Notes: generated from the letters alone by a model not told the origin. Shown: positions 30,797 to 40,615, numbered from the stretch's first letter. The stretch: 64,000 bases of DNA from an uncultured Gammaproteobacteria bacterium (GCA_964512695.1 CAZEJU010000006.1:2591-66590), one strand, 5' to 3'. Made by a program: numbers and translations.

Positions 30797-31566
30797 CGAT
30801 AATCCAAACAGTCATTCTAGCAATTATTGAAGGTATTACGGAATTTCTTCCGGTATCTTCGACTGGTCATCTTACGTTAACAGCACATGCTTTAGGTATC
30901 GAACAGACTTCCTTCGTTAAAAGTTTTGAGATTTTTATTCAACTAGGTGCTATTTTAGCAATTGTTTTCCTTTATTGGAAAACATTACTTCAGAAAAAGG
31001 AAATTTGGTTGCGTATAATTTGCGCCTTTATTCCTACAGGTATTCTCGGTTTAATTTTATATAAGGTAATTAAGACATATTTGATAGGGAACGAGTGGGT
31101 AACCATAGTCTCACTTTTTATAGGAGGTGTACTTCTGATTCTTATTGAGCTTAAACATAAAAAGAAGGTTTTTAAAAACCAAGAAATTACAGATATATCC
31201 TATAAACAAGCTTTTTTTATAGGTGTATTTCAATCTGTTTCTATGATTCCAGGAGTCTCCCGAGCAGCTGCAACTATACTAGGAGGACAATTATTAGGAG
31301 CTTCCAGGAAAACAGCAGTAGAGTTTTCATTTCTCTTAGCTCTACCGACTATGACAGCTGCTACAGTCTTAGATTTAAAAGAAAGTATGTTATCGTTTAC
31401 TGCTGATGAATTTTTTCTTCTGGGTCTAGGTTTTATGGTTTCGTGCGTAGTAGCTATTATAACTGTAAAATTTTTCTTAAATTTGATAAAAACGAACACG
31501 TTTATACCTTTCGGAATCTATAGAATTTTTATAGCTGTTCTTTACTGGTTTATTATGCTTCGTTAA
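30793..31566 (+). CDS. uppP: Undecaprenyl-diphosphate phosphatase
   Basis: EGITEFLPVSSTGH, IQLGAILA, PGVSR, EFSFLLA.P, FGIYRI. Confidence 0.96.
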   Translation: MTIIQTVILAIIEGITEFLPVSSTGHLTLTAHALGIEQTSFVKSFEIFIQLGAILAIVFLYWKTLLQKKEIWLRIICAFIPTGILGLILYKVIKTYLIGNEWVTIVSLFIGGVLLILIELKHKKKVFKNQEITDISYKQAFFIGVFQSVSMIPGVSRAAATILGGQLLGASRKTAVEFSFLLALPTMTAATVLDLKESMLSFTADEFFLLGLGFMVSCVVAIITVKFFLNLIKTNTFIPFGIYRIFIAVLYWFIMLR

Positions 31567-31692
31567 GTTTGTGAAAATATTTATATCTTCATTTTAGGCC
31601 GTAAAATCAATCTAAACTGGGTTAGCAAATTCAGTTAAAGTGTGAAAAGTTTTTTGACCACTTTAGTATATAGTTTGCATCTTTTAATCATA

Positions 31693-32055
31693 TTGACGAG
31701 TTTGTATGAAGCAGTTAGTATGTTATCTAATCACAGTGTATATATAAAAGTATTACTCAGTTATATCTGCCCAGTAACAGAGTAGTATAAATCATCCGAT
31801 CTACGGGATGGAAAGTTTTTTTTCGCAATATTTTATGATGTTTTTTTCGTGGTTAAAAGGATGTTATAAAACTTGTATGAAAGCAATTGTTTCACCAGTT
31901 TCTCTGGGAAATTTCAGCGGTCCTATAAGTTCAGAAGTGATTTTCTAAGTTATACAAATTTTATTATGATTTTCTGCCCAAAAAATCAAAGAAACTACTG
32001 TATTTATAAAACATTACCTTTCATATCCGAATAGTACGGTATGGAAGGTTTTTTT
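31693..32055 (+). promoter_or_regulatory. Promoter and structured leader of the tasA-sipW operon
   Basis: TTGACG-17-TAGTAT; two stem-loops with CTGCCCA in the loop (31751-31787, 31967-31988), each followed by an ATCCGA..TACGG.ATGGAA.GTTTTTT hairpin/T-run. Confidence 0.55.
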
Positions 32056-32098
32056 GTAGTTAGGGATGATTTTACAAAAAGAAGGGGGGTGAAAAAAA

Positions 32099-32671
32099 AT
32101 GATAAATAGAAGAATCGCAATAAGTAGTATGTCTATTCTCGCAGCGCTGTCTCTTATGACTGGCGCAACCTTCGCGTACTTTTCAAGCTCTGCAACAAGT
32201 ACTAACAATACTTTTTCTTCGGGAACGTTGGTGTTAGCACTTACTGACACTACTGAAACAGATATGGCAGCAGTTCAGGCATCATTTGGAGCTACTAACA
32301 TGGCACCTGGGACATGTACTGGAGATCAAGTTTTAACATTAGATAATATCGGAACAGTAGTTGCAAATCATTTAGAAATAGCTGCATCTAATACAGATAG
32401 TGCAATGGCTGGTAAATTAAGAATTAAAAAATTTATGTTTGACGGAACTGACTTACTAAACGGAATAATAGGCACTACGGCCGGTGATCCAGCGTTGAAA
32501 GATCTTAGCGATCTTGCGACAGCAGGATATGATGATATCGGTATGTCCGATCTCAATGACCATACTATAACAATGGATGTTTGTCTAGATGAATCAGCAC
32601 CTGATAGTTTACAAGGGTCAACAAACACTTTGAATTTAACGTTTGCCCTTAATCAACATGTTAGTCAGTAG
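32099..32671 (+). CDS. tasA: TasA/CalY-family fibre protein with SipW-class signal peptide
   Basis: GATFAYFSSSATSTNNTFSSGTL, NMAPG, N.GT, QG......F.L.Q; strong SD GGGGGGTGA. Confidence 0.85.
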   Translation: MINRRIAISSMSILAALSLMTGATFAYFSSSATSTNNTFSSGTLVLALTDTTETDMAAVQASFGATNMAPGTCTGDQVLTLDNIGTVVANHLEIAASNTDSAMAGKLRIKKFMFDGTDLLNGIIGTTAGDPALKDLSDLATAGYDDIGMSDLNDHTITMDVCLDESAPDSLQGSTNTLNLTFALNQHVSQ

Positions 32672-32687
32672 GTAGTAGTTATTTTGT

Positions 32688-32730
32688 CTTGCGAGTGGGG
32701 AGTGAAGCCCAACACACTCCCCACTACAAG
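32688..32730 (+). promoter_or_regulatory. GC-rich intercistronic stem-loop after tasA-like gene
   Basis: AGTGGGGAGTG/CACTCCCCACT perfect 11-bp stem without a T-tail. Confidence 0.7.
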
Positions 32731-32762
32731 CGGAAAAGATAGTAGATTTAAGATTTAAAAAT

Positions 32763-33341
32763 ATGAAAAACTTTCGTTCATTTTTTAATACATTCTTTAC
32801 AACCAAAATAAAAAAAATAGTATCGATTTCTCTCCAATCGATACTATTCGTTCTGCTTCTCCTAACAGTAGCGACATTCGTTTCATCGCGAACACCACTT
32901 TTCGGACAATTCCGTTCTATGGTTGTACTTACTGGAAGTATGGAACCTGTTCTTCCTGTCGGCAGTATCGTATATATCACGAAACAAATTGCTTATGATA
33001 ATAAAGATGTCATTACTTTTCAGAATAATGCAGGTCAGAATGTGACCCACAGAATTGTAGATATAGCATTCACGGATGAGGGGACTGTTTATACCACAAA
33101 AGGAGATGCCAACGAGAGAGCTGATACTGCTTTAGTACCCAACGCGAATGTTACAGGTAAAGTTTTCTTTACACTTCCATTTATAGGTAAAGTTATTAAC
33201 TTTCTTAACCGTCCAGAAGGATTTATCAGTTTAGTCATCGTTCCTACGTTTTTCTTAATCGTTATAGAGTTATGGAATATTAAAAAAGAACTTGAGAAAC
33301 ACATAGAGAAGAAATTAATGGATAGATTGCAAATCAATTAA
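32763..33341 (+). CDS. sipW: ER-type signal peptidase I SipW
   Basis: VLTGSMEP, VTHRI, TKGDAN..D, P.IG; N- and C-terminal TMs. Confidence 0.93.
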   Translation: MKNFRSFFNTFFTTKIKKIVSISLQSILFVLLLLTVATFVSSRTPLFGQFRSMVVLTGSMEPVLPVGSIVYITKQIAYDNKDVITFQNNAGQNVTHRIVDIAFTDEGTVYTTKGDANERADTALVPNANVTGKVFFTLPFIGKVINFLNRPEGFISLVIVPTFFLIVIELWNIKKELEKHIEKKLMDRLQIN

Positions 33342-33368
33342 TTATCTTCTCAGAGGCTGTTTTACACT

Positions 33369-34061
33369 ATGAAAAGAGTAAACATATTTTCAGCGATAGC
33401 AACTGCAGTAGTATTAGGTTTTGGATCATATACTACTACTTTTGCTCTCTTTAGTAATTCCGCAAGTTCTACCATGAATACTTTCGCAGCAGCCGCTGTC
33501 TTCCCATCCCTTACTCCGACAAGTGAGGAAGTAAACCTTACACCTAGTCCAACTGTCGCGAAAACCCCAACAGAAAATATCATATCTCCTGGAGATATTG
33601 TAATTAATGAAGTGTTTATTCACAATGGAGATAATAATGAATGGGTAGAACTTTTTAATAAAACAGACTCTCCTATTAATGTTTCAGACTGGGCTATTAC
33701 TGATAATGCACACGCCGATAACTTTCCTGATGTACCACCAATTCCAGCGAACGGTTATGCAGTTATAGTCGCAAGTGGCAGCGCTGTAATTCCTTCTATT
33801 CCTGGATCCGCAATCGTAATAGAGTTAAGTAATGATATCGGGAATAATCTTTCTTCTAGTTCAGATCGACTGAGCATAGCTGCTCCAAATGTCGGAATCG
33901 TTGACTCTATGAATTATGGGGCAGATACTAGTTTTTTTAATCCGTCCATCTCTAGTCCCAGTGCGGGGCAATCTATGAGCAGAAATCCTAATGGTATAGA
34001 CACAAATACAGCAGCTGACTGGATATTTGATAGTTCACCAACTATTGGTGGAGCAAACTAA
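33369..34061 (+). CDS. SipW-class secreted protein with lamin-tail domain
   Basis: TTFALFSNSASSTMNTFAA signal; IVINEV...EWVELFN...NVSDW, S..R.PNG.DT, PT.G..N. Confidence 0.85.
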   Translation: MKRVNIFSAIATAVVLGFGSYTTTFALFSNSASSTMNTFAAAAVFPSLTPTSEEVNLTPSPTVAKTPTENIISPGDIVINEVFIHNGDNNEWVELFNKTDSPINVSDWAITDNAHADNFPDVPPIPANGYAVIVASGSAVIPSIPGSAIVIELSNDIGNNLSSSSDRLSIAAPNVGIVDSMNYGADTSFFNPSISSPSAGQSMSRNPNGIDTNTAADWIFDSSPTIGGAN

Positions 34062-34065
34062 CATT

Positions 34066-35013
34066 ATGAAAAAAATACACATTACATTTTTAAAAGTACT
34101 GTCAGTTGTTGTAATTGTTGGCATATGTATTACCCAATTTGAATCCTTTACAGATTTCTTCAGACCTAAAACGGCGTATGCGGTTGGAGATTTAAGTGTA
34201 GATTGGGGTGGAGGAATCGACATCGATATACCGTTATTTGACGTAAGTAATATGATCCCTGGTGATATAGAGTCACGAATCGTTATCGTAAAAAACAATG
34301 CTCCATCATCCCGTCCCGTAGGGGTCAGAAGTAAAAACATTAATAATATTGATACTCTATCAGATGTGCTAACAGTTGTTATAGAAAAAAATGGTACAGC
34401 TATATATGGCACGGGTAGTTCTACAGGAACGAAAACACTGACAAATTTTTTCACTGAAAGCAGTACCATTGATGGTTTACTTTTAAGCCATCAATCGCCT
34501 AGTTCTACAACGCTTTATGAATTTTTTGTTAGTTTTGATGCATTAGCAGGTAATGAATACCAAAATAAAAAGCTTACATTCGATCTCGAAATTGGTATAT
34601 CCATCCCTGTACCGCTGGCATGTCAACATATCGACTTCGGCTTAGCTACACCACTCTTCGGTACTAAAAAAAGTGACAGTATAACTGGTACAGCAGGTAA
34701 TGATCTCATTTACGTATTCGAAGGTGGAGATAAGGTAGATGGAAAAGGTGGAAATGACTGTATAGTGGGCGGAATCGGAGGCGACGAACTAATAGGTGGA
34801 AATGGACATGATGTAATTTTGGGAGAAGAAGGCGGGGACTCACTGGTAGGTGGTGCGGGAAATGACATGGTACTAGGAGGTAATGGAAGCGATACGATGA
34901 GAGGAGATGCAGGAAATGACACAATTATCGGGGAAAATGGTTCAGATGATGCTAGAGGAGGAGTAGGGACAGATAGCTGTGATGCTGAAGCAGAGACACA
35001 ATGTGAGCTGTAA
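34066..35013 (+). CDS. Secreted TasA-like domain plus RTX-type Ca-binding repeats
   Basis: LF.VSNMIPGD, AGNEYQ.K.L.FDL; C-terminal GG.G.D nonapeptide repeats. Confidence 0.8.
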   Translation: MKKIHITFLKVLSVVVIVGICITQFESFTDFFRPKTAYAVGDLSVDWGGGIDIDIPLFDVSNMIPGDIESRIVIVKNNAPSSRPVGVRSKNINNIDTLSDVLTVVIEKNGTAIYGTGSSTGTKTLTNFFTESSTIDGLLLSHQSPSSTTLYEFFVSFDALAGNEYQNKKLTFDLEIGISIPVPLACQHIDFGLATPLFGTKKSDSITGTAGNDLIYVFEGGDKVDGKGGNDCIVGGIGGDELIGGNGHDVILGEEGGDSLVGGAGNDMVLGGNGSDTMRGDAGNDTIIGENGSDDARGGVGTDSCDAEAETQCEL

Positions 35014-35247
35014 ATATGAAATATGAAATATGAGGTATGAATGAAAAAACAATGAAGTCGTAAGTGTTTTAAAGGTGTCTGTTAAAACTTTGCAAGTTCA
35101 AACATCTCTTAGTTAATAACTCATAGAAAATAGTTCATAACTTTAGTGATTTGATCATGGTATATAGATAGAAGTGCTCTAAATACCGTGAACTTACTAC
35201 TAAAATATTACCCGGAAGGTAATAGGAAGAAAGGAGGTGAATAGAAC

Positions 35248-35850
35248 ATGTTAGTTAAAAAATTAACAACAGGATTGGTTACAGCTGGTTTAGTAATGTC
35301 TGCATTTATTCCTGCGGCATCTGCTGATACAGATGTAACAGTCCAAGGAAATGGTGCAAATTCAGATTCAAAGGTTAAGGTCGATAATAGTAATGTCAAT
35401 GCCGTAGAACAAAAAAGTGTTACGAATGCAATGACAGTCGTCGAAGTAAACCAAAACACTGGTGGAAATACTGCCAATAATAATACAGGCAGTGCCGATG
35501 TCGATGTTACTAGCGGCCATGCTACGGCTACCGTTGTGACTTCTGTCACAGGTGGTAATAACCATGCTACATCTAACGGTTGTGGTTGTCCAGAAGGTGA
35601 TACTACAGTTACCGTTAAGAATAATGGAGCGAATTCAGACAATAAAGTTAAAGTAAATAACAGTAATGTTAACGTTTCTTCACAGAAATCAAAGACAAAT
35701 GCTGTAACAGTTGTCTCGCTCAAGCAAAAAACCGGTAAAAATAAAGCAAACGCAAATACAGGAGGAGGCAGTAAAACTGTCACATCCGGAAATGCGACAG
35801 CTGCAGTTTCTACAACTGTAACCGGAGGTTCAAATACATTAAATCCTTAA
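35248..35850 (+). CDS. Secreted two-repeat GNG/NTGG-repeat protein
   Basis: Signal peptide ending ASA; two ~90-aa repeats joined by GCGC; SD GAAAGGAGGTGA; terminator follows. Confidence 0.85.
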   Translation: MLVKKLTTGLVTAGLVMSAFIPAASADTDVTVQGNGANSDSKVKVDNSNVNAVEQKSVTNAMTVVEVNQNTGGNTANNNTGSADVDVTSGHATATVVTSVTGGNNHATSNGCGCPEGDTTVTVKNNGANSDNKVKVNNSNVNVSSQKSKTNAVTVVSLKQKTGKNKANANTGGGSKTVTSGNATAAVSTTVTGGSNTLNP

Positions 35851-35868
35851 TTACAAAGGACTTGTATT

Positions 35869-35907
35869 AAAAAAAACCCTGCCCGCATCCTGCGACAGGG
35901 TTTTTTT
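35869..35907 (+). terminator. Intrinsic terminator
   Basis: AAAAAACCCTG.CGCA/TGCGACAGGGTTTTTTT. Confidence 0.8.
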
Positions 35908-35995
35908 ATGGCCGTAAAGGCTGAGCTTTCTTTTTAAAAAATAGTATGGTATTCTCTAACTAGAATTTTCTCGCTGTTTATAAAAAAACTAACAT

Positions 35996-36496
35996 ATGGA
36001 TTTCTCTCTACTAAATACAGTTCGATTTTCATTACTTTTAATTGTTACTTTTCTTATCTCAAGCACTTCTTTAGCATATGCTTCATCTAAGACTGAGGTA
36101 AACGTGTCAACAAATACAGGTAATAATACAGTTAATGGCCAAACAGTTGAGTCAAAGTCTGAAACCAGAATCATAATCAATGGAAAAGAGTATGTGAACG
36201 ACAATACTGGAAAATCATATGATATTGTGGAGGAAAATAATGAAGGTCGGATAGAAGTTCACGTCAATAGTAACAAATCAGATACAAAAACTCAGATAAA
36301 AAGTAATCAAGGTTCTACCACAACAGTAACCGTAACACCCAAGCCGACAAAGACAACAGAGGTCAAAAGCTCAATGACAAAGAAATCTGATCAAAAAGAG
36401 GAAATGAAGGCTGAAAAGAAAAGTATATTAGATTCGATAAAAGCCCAACTTGATGCATTCTTCTCATCAATTACCTCATTCTTCTCAAAAAAATAA
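35996..36496 (+). CDS. Secreted hypothetical protein with partial NTGNN repeat and amphipathic C-terminus
   Basis: Signal peptide ending AYA; VNVSTNTGNN; Thr/Lys linker. Confidence 0.7.
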   Translation: MDFSLLNTVRFSLLLIVTFLISSTSLAYASSKTEVNVSTNTGNNTVNGQTVESKSETRIIINGKEYVNDNTGKSYDIVEENNEGRIEVHVNSNKSDTKTQIKSNQGSTTTVTVTPKPTKTTEVKSSMTKKSDQKEEMKAEKKSILDSIKAQLDAFFSSITSFFSKK

Positions 36497-37042
36497 TTCG
36501 TTTTCTTTAAGAATACCCACTACAACAAACCTATGACTGTCAAGAAAGCCAGTACAGGTATACAACGTTATTCTTTTATCCTGAGACTGTTTTAATACAG
36601 AAACCTGATCAGGGGTTACTGTAGCTGTATAATGAACATCAAATTTATATTTTTTATTATCTTCACTCGTAATTATTATTTCCTCTCCTATTTTAATTTT
36701 AGGAAGCTTACCTAATAAGTTCGGCCAATTATGACCATAAAGGATACTATTACCAGTCTCTCCTGGAACAGGGGAATGAATGAGATAAGAGACACCTTCT
36801 GTAGTTGCCTCCCACTCATTATTGATGATTTTTGATTGAATAATAGGTAGTACTATCTTAAGAGATGGAATTTCAATAGATGTGGGATTTGCTATTTTTT
36901 TAGAAGTTAAATTTGCTGTAACTTGGTGTGAATCTGCAAATGATATTCTGGTTGGTTTCGTTCTTTCAATAAACCCATAGCCTGCAAAAATATAGCAGTA
37001 TATTCCGAATATAATAAGGAATAGAGAAATTATTTTTCTCAT
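36485..37042 (-). CDS. Sortase
   Basis: N-terminal TM, I.IPSL, PGE.GN..LYGHN, TLYTC, downstream Arg. Confidence 0.92.
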   Translation of the reverse strand: MRKIISLFLIIFGIYCYIFAGYGFIERTKPTRISFADSHQVTANLTSKKIANPTSIEIPSLKIVLPIIQSKIINNEWEATTEGVSYLIHSPVPGETGNSILYGHNWPNLLGKLPKIKIGEEIIITSEDNKKYKFDVHYTATVTPDQVSVLKQSQDKRITLYTCTGFLDSHRFVVVGILKENELFF

Positions 37043-37050
37043 AAGGGAGT

Positions 37051-37659
37051 TTATTTTCGATTCCAGCGAAGAAGAAAACCAGCAATGAATGAAACAGTTC
37101 CGATAACTATTAAGCTATATAAGAAACTAATATTACCCGTATTAGCTAAGCTTAGAACTGATTGAAGAGGATTTGTAGAACCAACATTATTTGATGAGCT
37201 GTTGGAACTAGAATTATTCTGACTTGGTGTAGGAGTTACTGTTGATTTACATGAGTAATCACGGTTTTTAGCAACATAAGGTCGAGGATCAAGACCCCAA
37301 GCACTACCATCAGCTATATAAATCCATCCTTCATTTTTTAAAACTTTAATCTCTTCTTCTGTATAATTGGAAGCTTTAAGCCAATTTGTCTGAACTCCAT
37401 TTCCGTTTTCTGGACAGAAACATTGCATTACTTGATCATTACCAGATAACTGATAGACTGTATCACTTCCACGTTTTTCTTCGTATTGGCCAGGAACACC
37501 ATGTGTACCAGTTGCATAATGAGATTTTACTGTTCCTTGCGGATTGACACAGGAAGGAAATGTAGGAGTTGAAGTCGCTTCAGCCGCAGGCGTAGCTGTC
37601 GCAAAGAAAACAACATGTAAAACAAAAGCAATGAGAATAGTAGCGTACTTTGGACTCAT
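37051..37659 (-). CDS. Secreted protein with LANTG sorting signal (sortase substrate)
   Basis: Signal peptide, 4-Cys domain, Ser/Asn linker, LANTG + TM + RWNRK; 8 bp from the sortase gene. Confidence 0.82.
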   Translation of the reverse strand: MSPKYATILIAFVLHVVFFATATPAAEATSTPTFPSCVNPQGTVKSHYATGTHGVPGQYEEKRGSDTVYQLSGNDQVMQCFCPENGNGVQTNWLKASNYTEEEIKVLKNEGWIYIADGSAWGLDPRPYVAKNRDYSCKSTVTPTPSQNNSSSNSSSNNVGSTNPLQSVLSLANTGNISFLYSLIVIGTVSFIAGFLLRWNRK

Positions 37660-37667
37660 AATATATA

Positions 37668-37704
37668 TTTATAGGATTATAACTTATATCCTATAAAAAT
37701 GCAA
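37668..37704 (-). promoter_or_regulatory. Sigma70-type promoter overlapped by a 10-bp inverted repeat
   Basis: TTGCAT-17-TATAAT on minus strand; TTTATAGGAT-N10-ATCCTATAAA. Confidence 0.6.
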
Positions 37705-37713
37705 GAGGTAACA

Positions 37714-38994
37714 TTATAAGTTGAAAGGGGAGGTAAAGAGTCTAATCAGCCTGGCAAACAATGATCTATTTTTGTTTTCAGGGTTAGTACCATCATTTTC
37801 TAACGTTATTGTTTGCAATTTTTGAGTATTGTCAATTACAACAGTTTTTTTATTATAACCTGGTGCTTTAACCTCTATAGTTTGTGAAGAGAGAAGGTAG
37901 GGGATTTGAAATGTACCGTTCTTGGCTGGATTATAGGTTTTTTTATTCACTGTAATAACAGCATCTGTAATTGGGAAATTTTCATTATCCACTATTTTTC
38001 CTTTTATTATCTGATGAGAGTAAAAGTTTTTAAGAACTTCTGCACCTTTACGAGGAACCCCATTTGCTGCCCATAGAGCTGTACTACCTCCGACATTCAC
38101 CCAATAATTTATACCAATTACTTCCGTTGTCGTTGAAAGCTTAGCAAATGTTTCTGCTAGCCAGATTGCTTGTTGTTCTTCGGTCATGTTTCCATGAATA
38201 TCTGGTATAGGCGCTCCCATTTCTCCTAATACGACTTTTCCAGCTCCTCGTTTCGCGTATTCTTTAATATCCTCAATTAGTTTGTCTGGTGAACCGACAT
38301 AATGGTCTATAGTAATAACACCATCTAAAGCTTTTACCATAGCTTTATCCATAACTAAACGAGCAACATCTCCATTCATAGAGTAATAATTTGCTATAAC
38401 ATCTTTCTTAATCTGTTTAAATGCTGCTTTTGTAATTTTATATTCGTTAATTAAGAACTGCCTGAACTTATAAACATCGCCATATCTAGGATCTCCTGGA
38501 CCACCGTTTTCACATTCTGGACATGAAGTAAAGATATCCCCATCTTCAAAGAGTTCTGGATTATTTAGAATAAATTGCTCGATTTTTTGTGTATGTTCTG
38601 CTTCTGTGACTTTGCCATACCCAAACCAACCCTCCCAACCAGACAAATTACCTCGAAACCAAACGCTTAAGCCATATTTTCGTGCAGTCGATACCCAACG
38701 TTTCATAAATGGAATAAATTCTTCATCATAAGGTGTCGAAATTGAAACGTGAGACGCTCCTAAATATGCAATCTGGCTTACTTGTTTTTCAATAACAGCA
38801 TCAAATGATGTATCTGAAAGTTTCTCACGAGCTACATCTCTTGAGTATTTCATGGTATCTACTGCACGGACTGGAATAGGATGTACTGCATCAGACATAG
38901 TGGCATATACTTGAACATAAAAAATTATGCTTATTACAGCAAATAAGATAAAGATTACTATTTGTCTTTTCATAAAATATTTCATACGTATCAT
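37714..38994 (-). CDS. Exported clan GH-A-like glycoside hydrolase with carboxypeptidase-regulatory-like domain
   Basis: N-terminal TM; WFRGN, PECENG, TIDHY, LGEMG; C-terminal G.IVD...PI.DA...G.F.......APGY. Confidence 0.65.
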   Translation of the reverse strand: MIRMKYFMKRQIVIFILFAVISIIFYVQVYATMSDAVHPIPVRAVDTMKYSRDVAREKLSDTSFDAVIEKQVSQIAYLGASHVSISTPYDEEFIPFMKRWVSTARKYGLSVWFRGNLSGWEGWFGYGKVTEAEHTQKIEQFILNNPELFEDGDIFTSCPECENGGPGDPRYGDVYKFRQFLINEYKITKAAFKQIKKDVIANYYSMNGDVARLVMDKAMVKALDGVITIDHYVGSPDKLIEDIKEYAKRGAGKVVLGEMGAPIPDIHGNMTEEQQAIWLAETFAKLSTTTEVIGINYWVNVGGSTALWAANGVPRKGAEVLKNFYSHQIIKGKIVDNENFPITDAVITVNKKTYNPAKNGTFQIPYLLSSQTIEVKAPGYNKKTVVIDNTQKLQTITLENDGTNPENKNRSLFARLIRLFTSPFNL

Positions 38995-40610
38995 TATAAT
39001 CTACCGAGGGTTGGTTTTGTGACGAGGTCTTTTACATAAGCATTTTTTAACTGATATATGTCTGCAAATGGATAGGATTCTACCAACTCATATTTTTCTA
39101 AATGACCTGACTGTTTAACAAGTTTAAATGTCATATCATTGTTGTCATTGGTACGCATAATGATCCAACGCGCCCATACATCTGGTCGAGCTATAGCTTT
39201 ATCCCAGTACTTACCAGTTCCTTCATGAATGAATCTAGCCATAGGAAGCCCAGAAGAGAAAATAATAGCATCATGAGAAGCAGCAGATATTAAAACAAAA
39301 CCTTCTTTTTTCTCAGCATTCTCTCGTAACCAACCACTTACCTCTGTAACGTTTTTTCCTGAAGCTCCATATCTGGCATCATCAAGTGTTACTGCATCAT
39401 TACTTATATGAGAGATAATAACGACAAAAGATAAAAGTCCCAGGAGAACAGGTCGAATCGCAGTTGCTCTATGGAAAAGATATCCCACAAATATCGCGAT
39501 TGATGGCATCATTAAGATTCCATACCGAATATTAAACCATGAATTACCTGATAAACCTTGAATGAAAAGTACTGAATGTCCTAAGAATAAGGCAATAACA
39601 TTAAACATAAAAGGAGAAAGCAGTGCTAACGCTGCGTATCGTAAGCGCATAGGAATTTTCTTATCTAACCAGAGAAGACCTCCCCCTATAACACCTAAGA
39701 GCATAAGGAAAGTCCCAGAATTATAATTAACAGCATACGTATAATACTGCAATGACAATACCAAGTTACTTTTTGTTATTAAGTTTCCTGCAGATTCTAA
39801 TTGTTTCTGTTGAGCGCGTGCTGAATAAGGTCCAAATGCGAAATATAAAGGATCTTTAAAGATTAGCAAGTTCCAGACAAACCATAAAAGTATTCCAAAG
39901 CTTGCCATAGTACAGAAAAAGATAGCAACACCTTTTGCAGTTTTAAAGCCGTACTTTCTAAGGACAAATAAGACAACCATGCCAAAACTGAATAAGAAAA
40001 GAAACCACCCATCATAACGGATAAGAGTTGAAAGCATAATCCAAAAAGAAGCCATAATAAGAGAGAGAATTTTTTCATCTTTAAACCACATTAATAGCTC
40101 ATATACACCGATAGTCATAGTAGCCATCAGAAGTAATTCAGTCATAGCTGTAGATTGAAGGTAAAGTACGTTTAAGTTAGTAGCAAAAACTAACATACCC
40201 ACTGTACTTCCTAAAAGCCCTACACCTAATCTCCGTAAAAACAGAAAGATAATAACACTTACTGCTAAATAAGAAGACATAGATTGAATTGCCCCGCTTA
40301 GACCAGAATGCCACATGAAGTTACTCCAGATAGTTGGGACCATAAGTAAATGGGGAAGAGGTAACCATACACTTCCAAGTTGCGCAAATCCAGGTTTTAA
40401 ACCCTCTACAACGCGTCTCCCGATATTAAGATGGGATCGAGCATCGTTATACGCAAGCCCCATGCCATTTAAGTAGAAAACCAGAAAAGACGCAACTGAG
40501 AAAATAGATAGTACCCAAAATAACATAAACAACAGTCTCTTTTCTTCAGCATTAGGATAGTATCGTAATTTTAGAACAGGTAAAAATATGCGTATATTTG
40601 GAAATTTCAT
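38994..40610 (-). CDS. GT-C fold glycosyltransferase (ArnT/PMT-like)
   Basis: Multi-TM; YNDARSHL..RRV, GSVWLPLPHLL, QSTAMTE, RYDGW. Confidence 0.8.
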   Translation of the reverse strand: MKFPNIRIFLPVLKLRYYPNAEEKRLLFMLFWVLSIFSVASFLVFYLNGMGLAYNDARSHLNIGRRVVEGLKPGFAQLGSVWLPLPHLLMVPTIWSNFMWHSGLSGAIQSMSSYLAVSVIIFLFLRRLGVGLLGSTVGMLVFATNLNVLYLQSTAMTELLLMATMTIGVYELLMWFKDEKILSLIMASFWIMLSTLIRYDGWFLFLFSFGMVVLFVLRKYGFKTAKGVAIFFCTMASFGILLWFVWNLLIFKDPLYFAFGPYSARAQQKQLESAGNLITKSNLVLSLQYYTYAVNYNSGTFLMLLGVIGGGLLWLDKKIPMRLRYAALALLSPFMFNVIALFLGHSVLFIQGLSGNSWFNIRYGILMMPSIAIFVGYLFHRATAIRPVLLGLLSFVVIISHISNDAVTLDDARYGASGKNVTEVSGWLRENAEKKEGFVLISAASHDAIIFSSGLPMARFIHEGTGKYWDKAIARPDVWARWIIMRTNDNNDMTFKLVKQSGHLEKYELVESYPFADIYQLKNAYVKDLVTKPTLGRL

Positions 40611-40615
40611 AGTTT

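Noticed and set aside
31570-32090. c-di-GMP or c-di-AMP riboswitch in the tasA leader
   Set aside because: I could not find the GEMM or ydaO consensus elements by eye; an Rfam scan is still advisable
35208-35783. 191-aa antisense ORF and similar shadow ORFs (e.g. 52620-53717, 60924-61478, 2256-2903)
   Set aside because: They lie antisense to or overlap well-supported genes and have no motifs or SD
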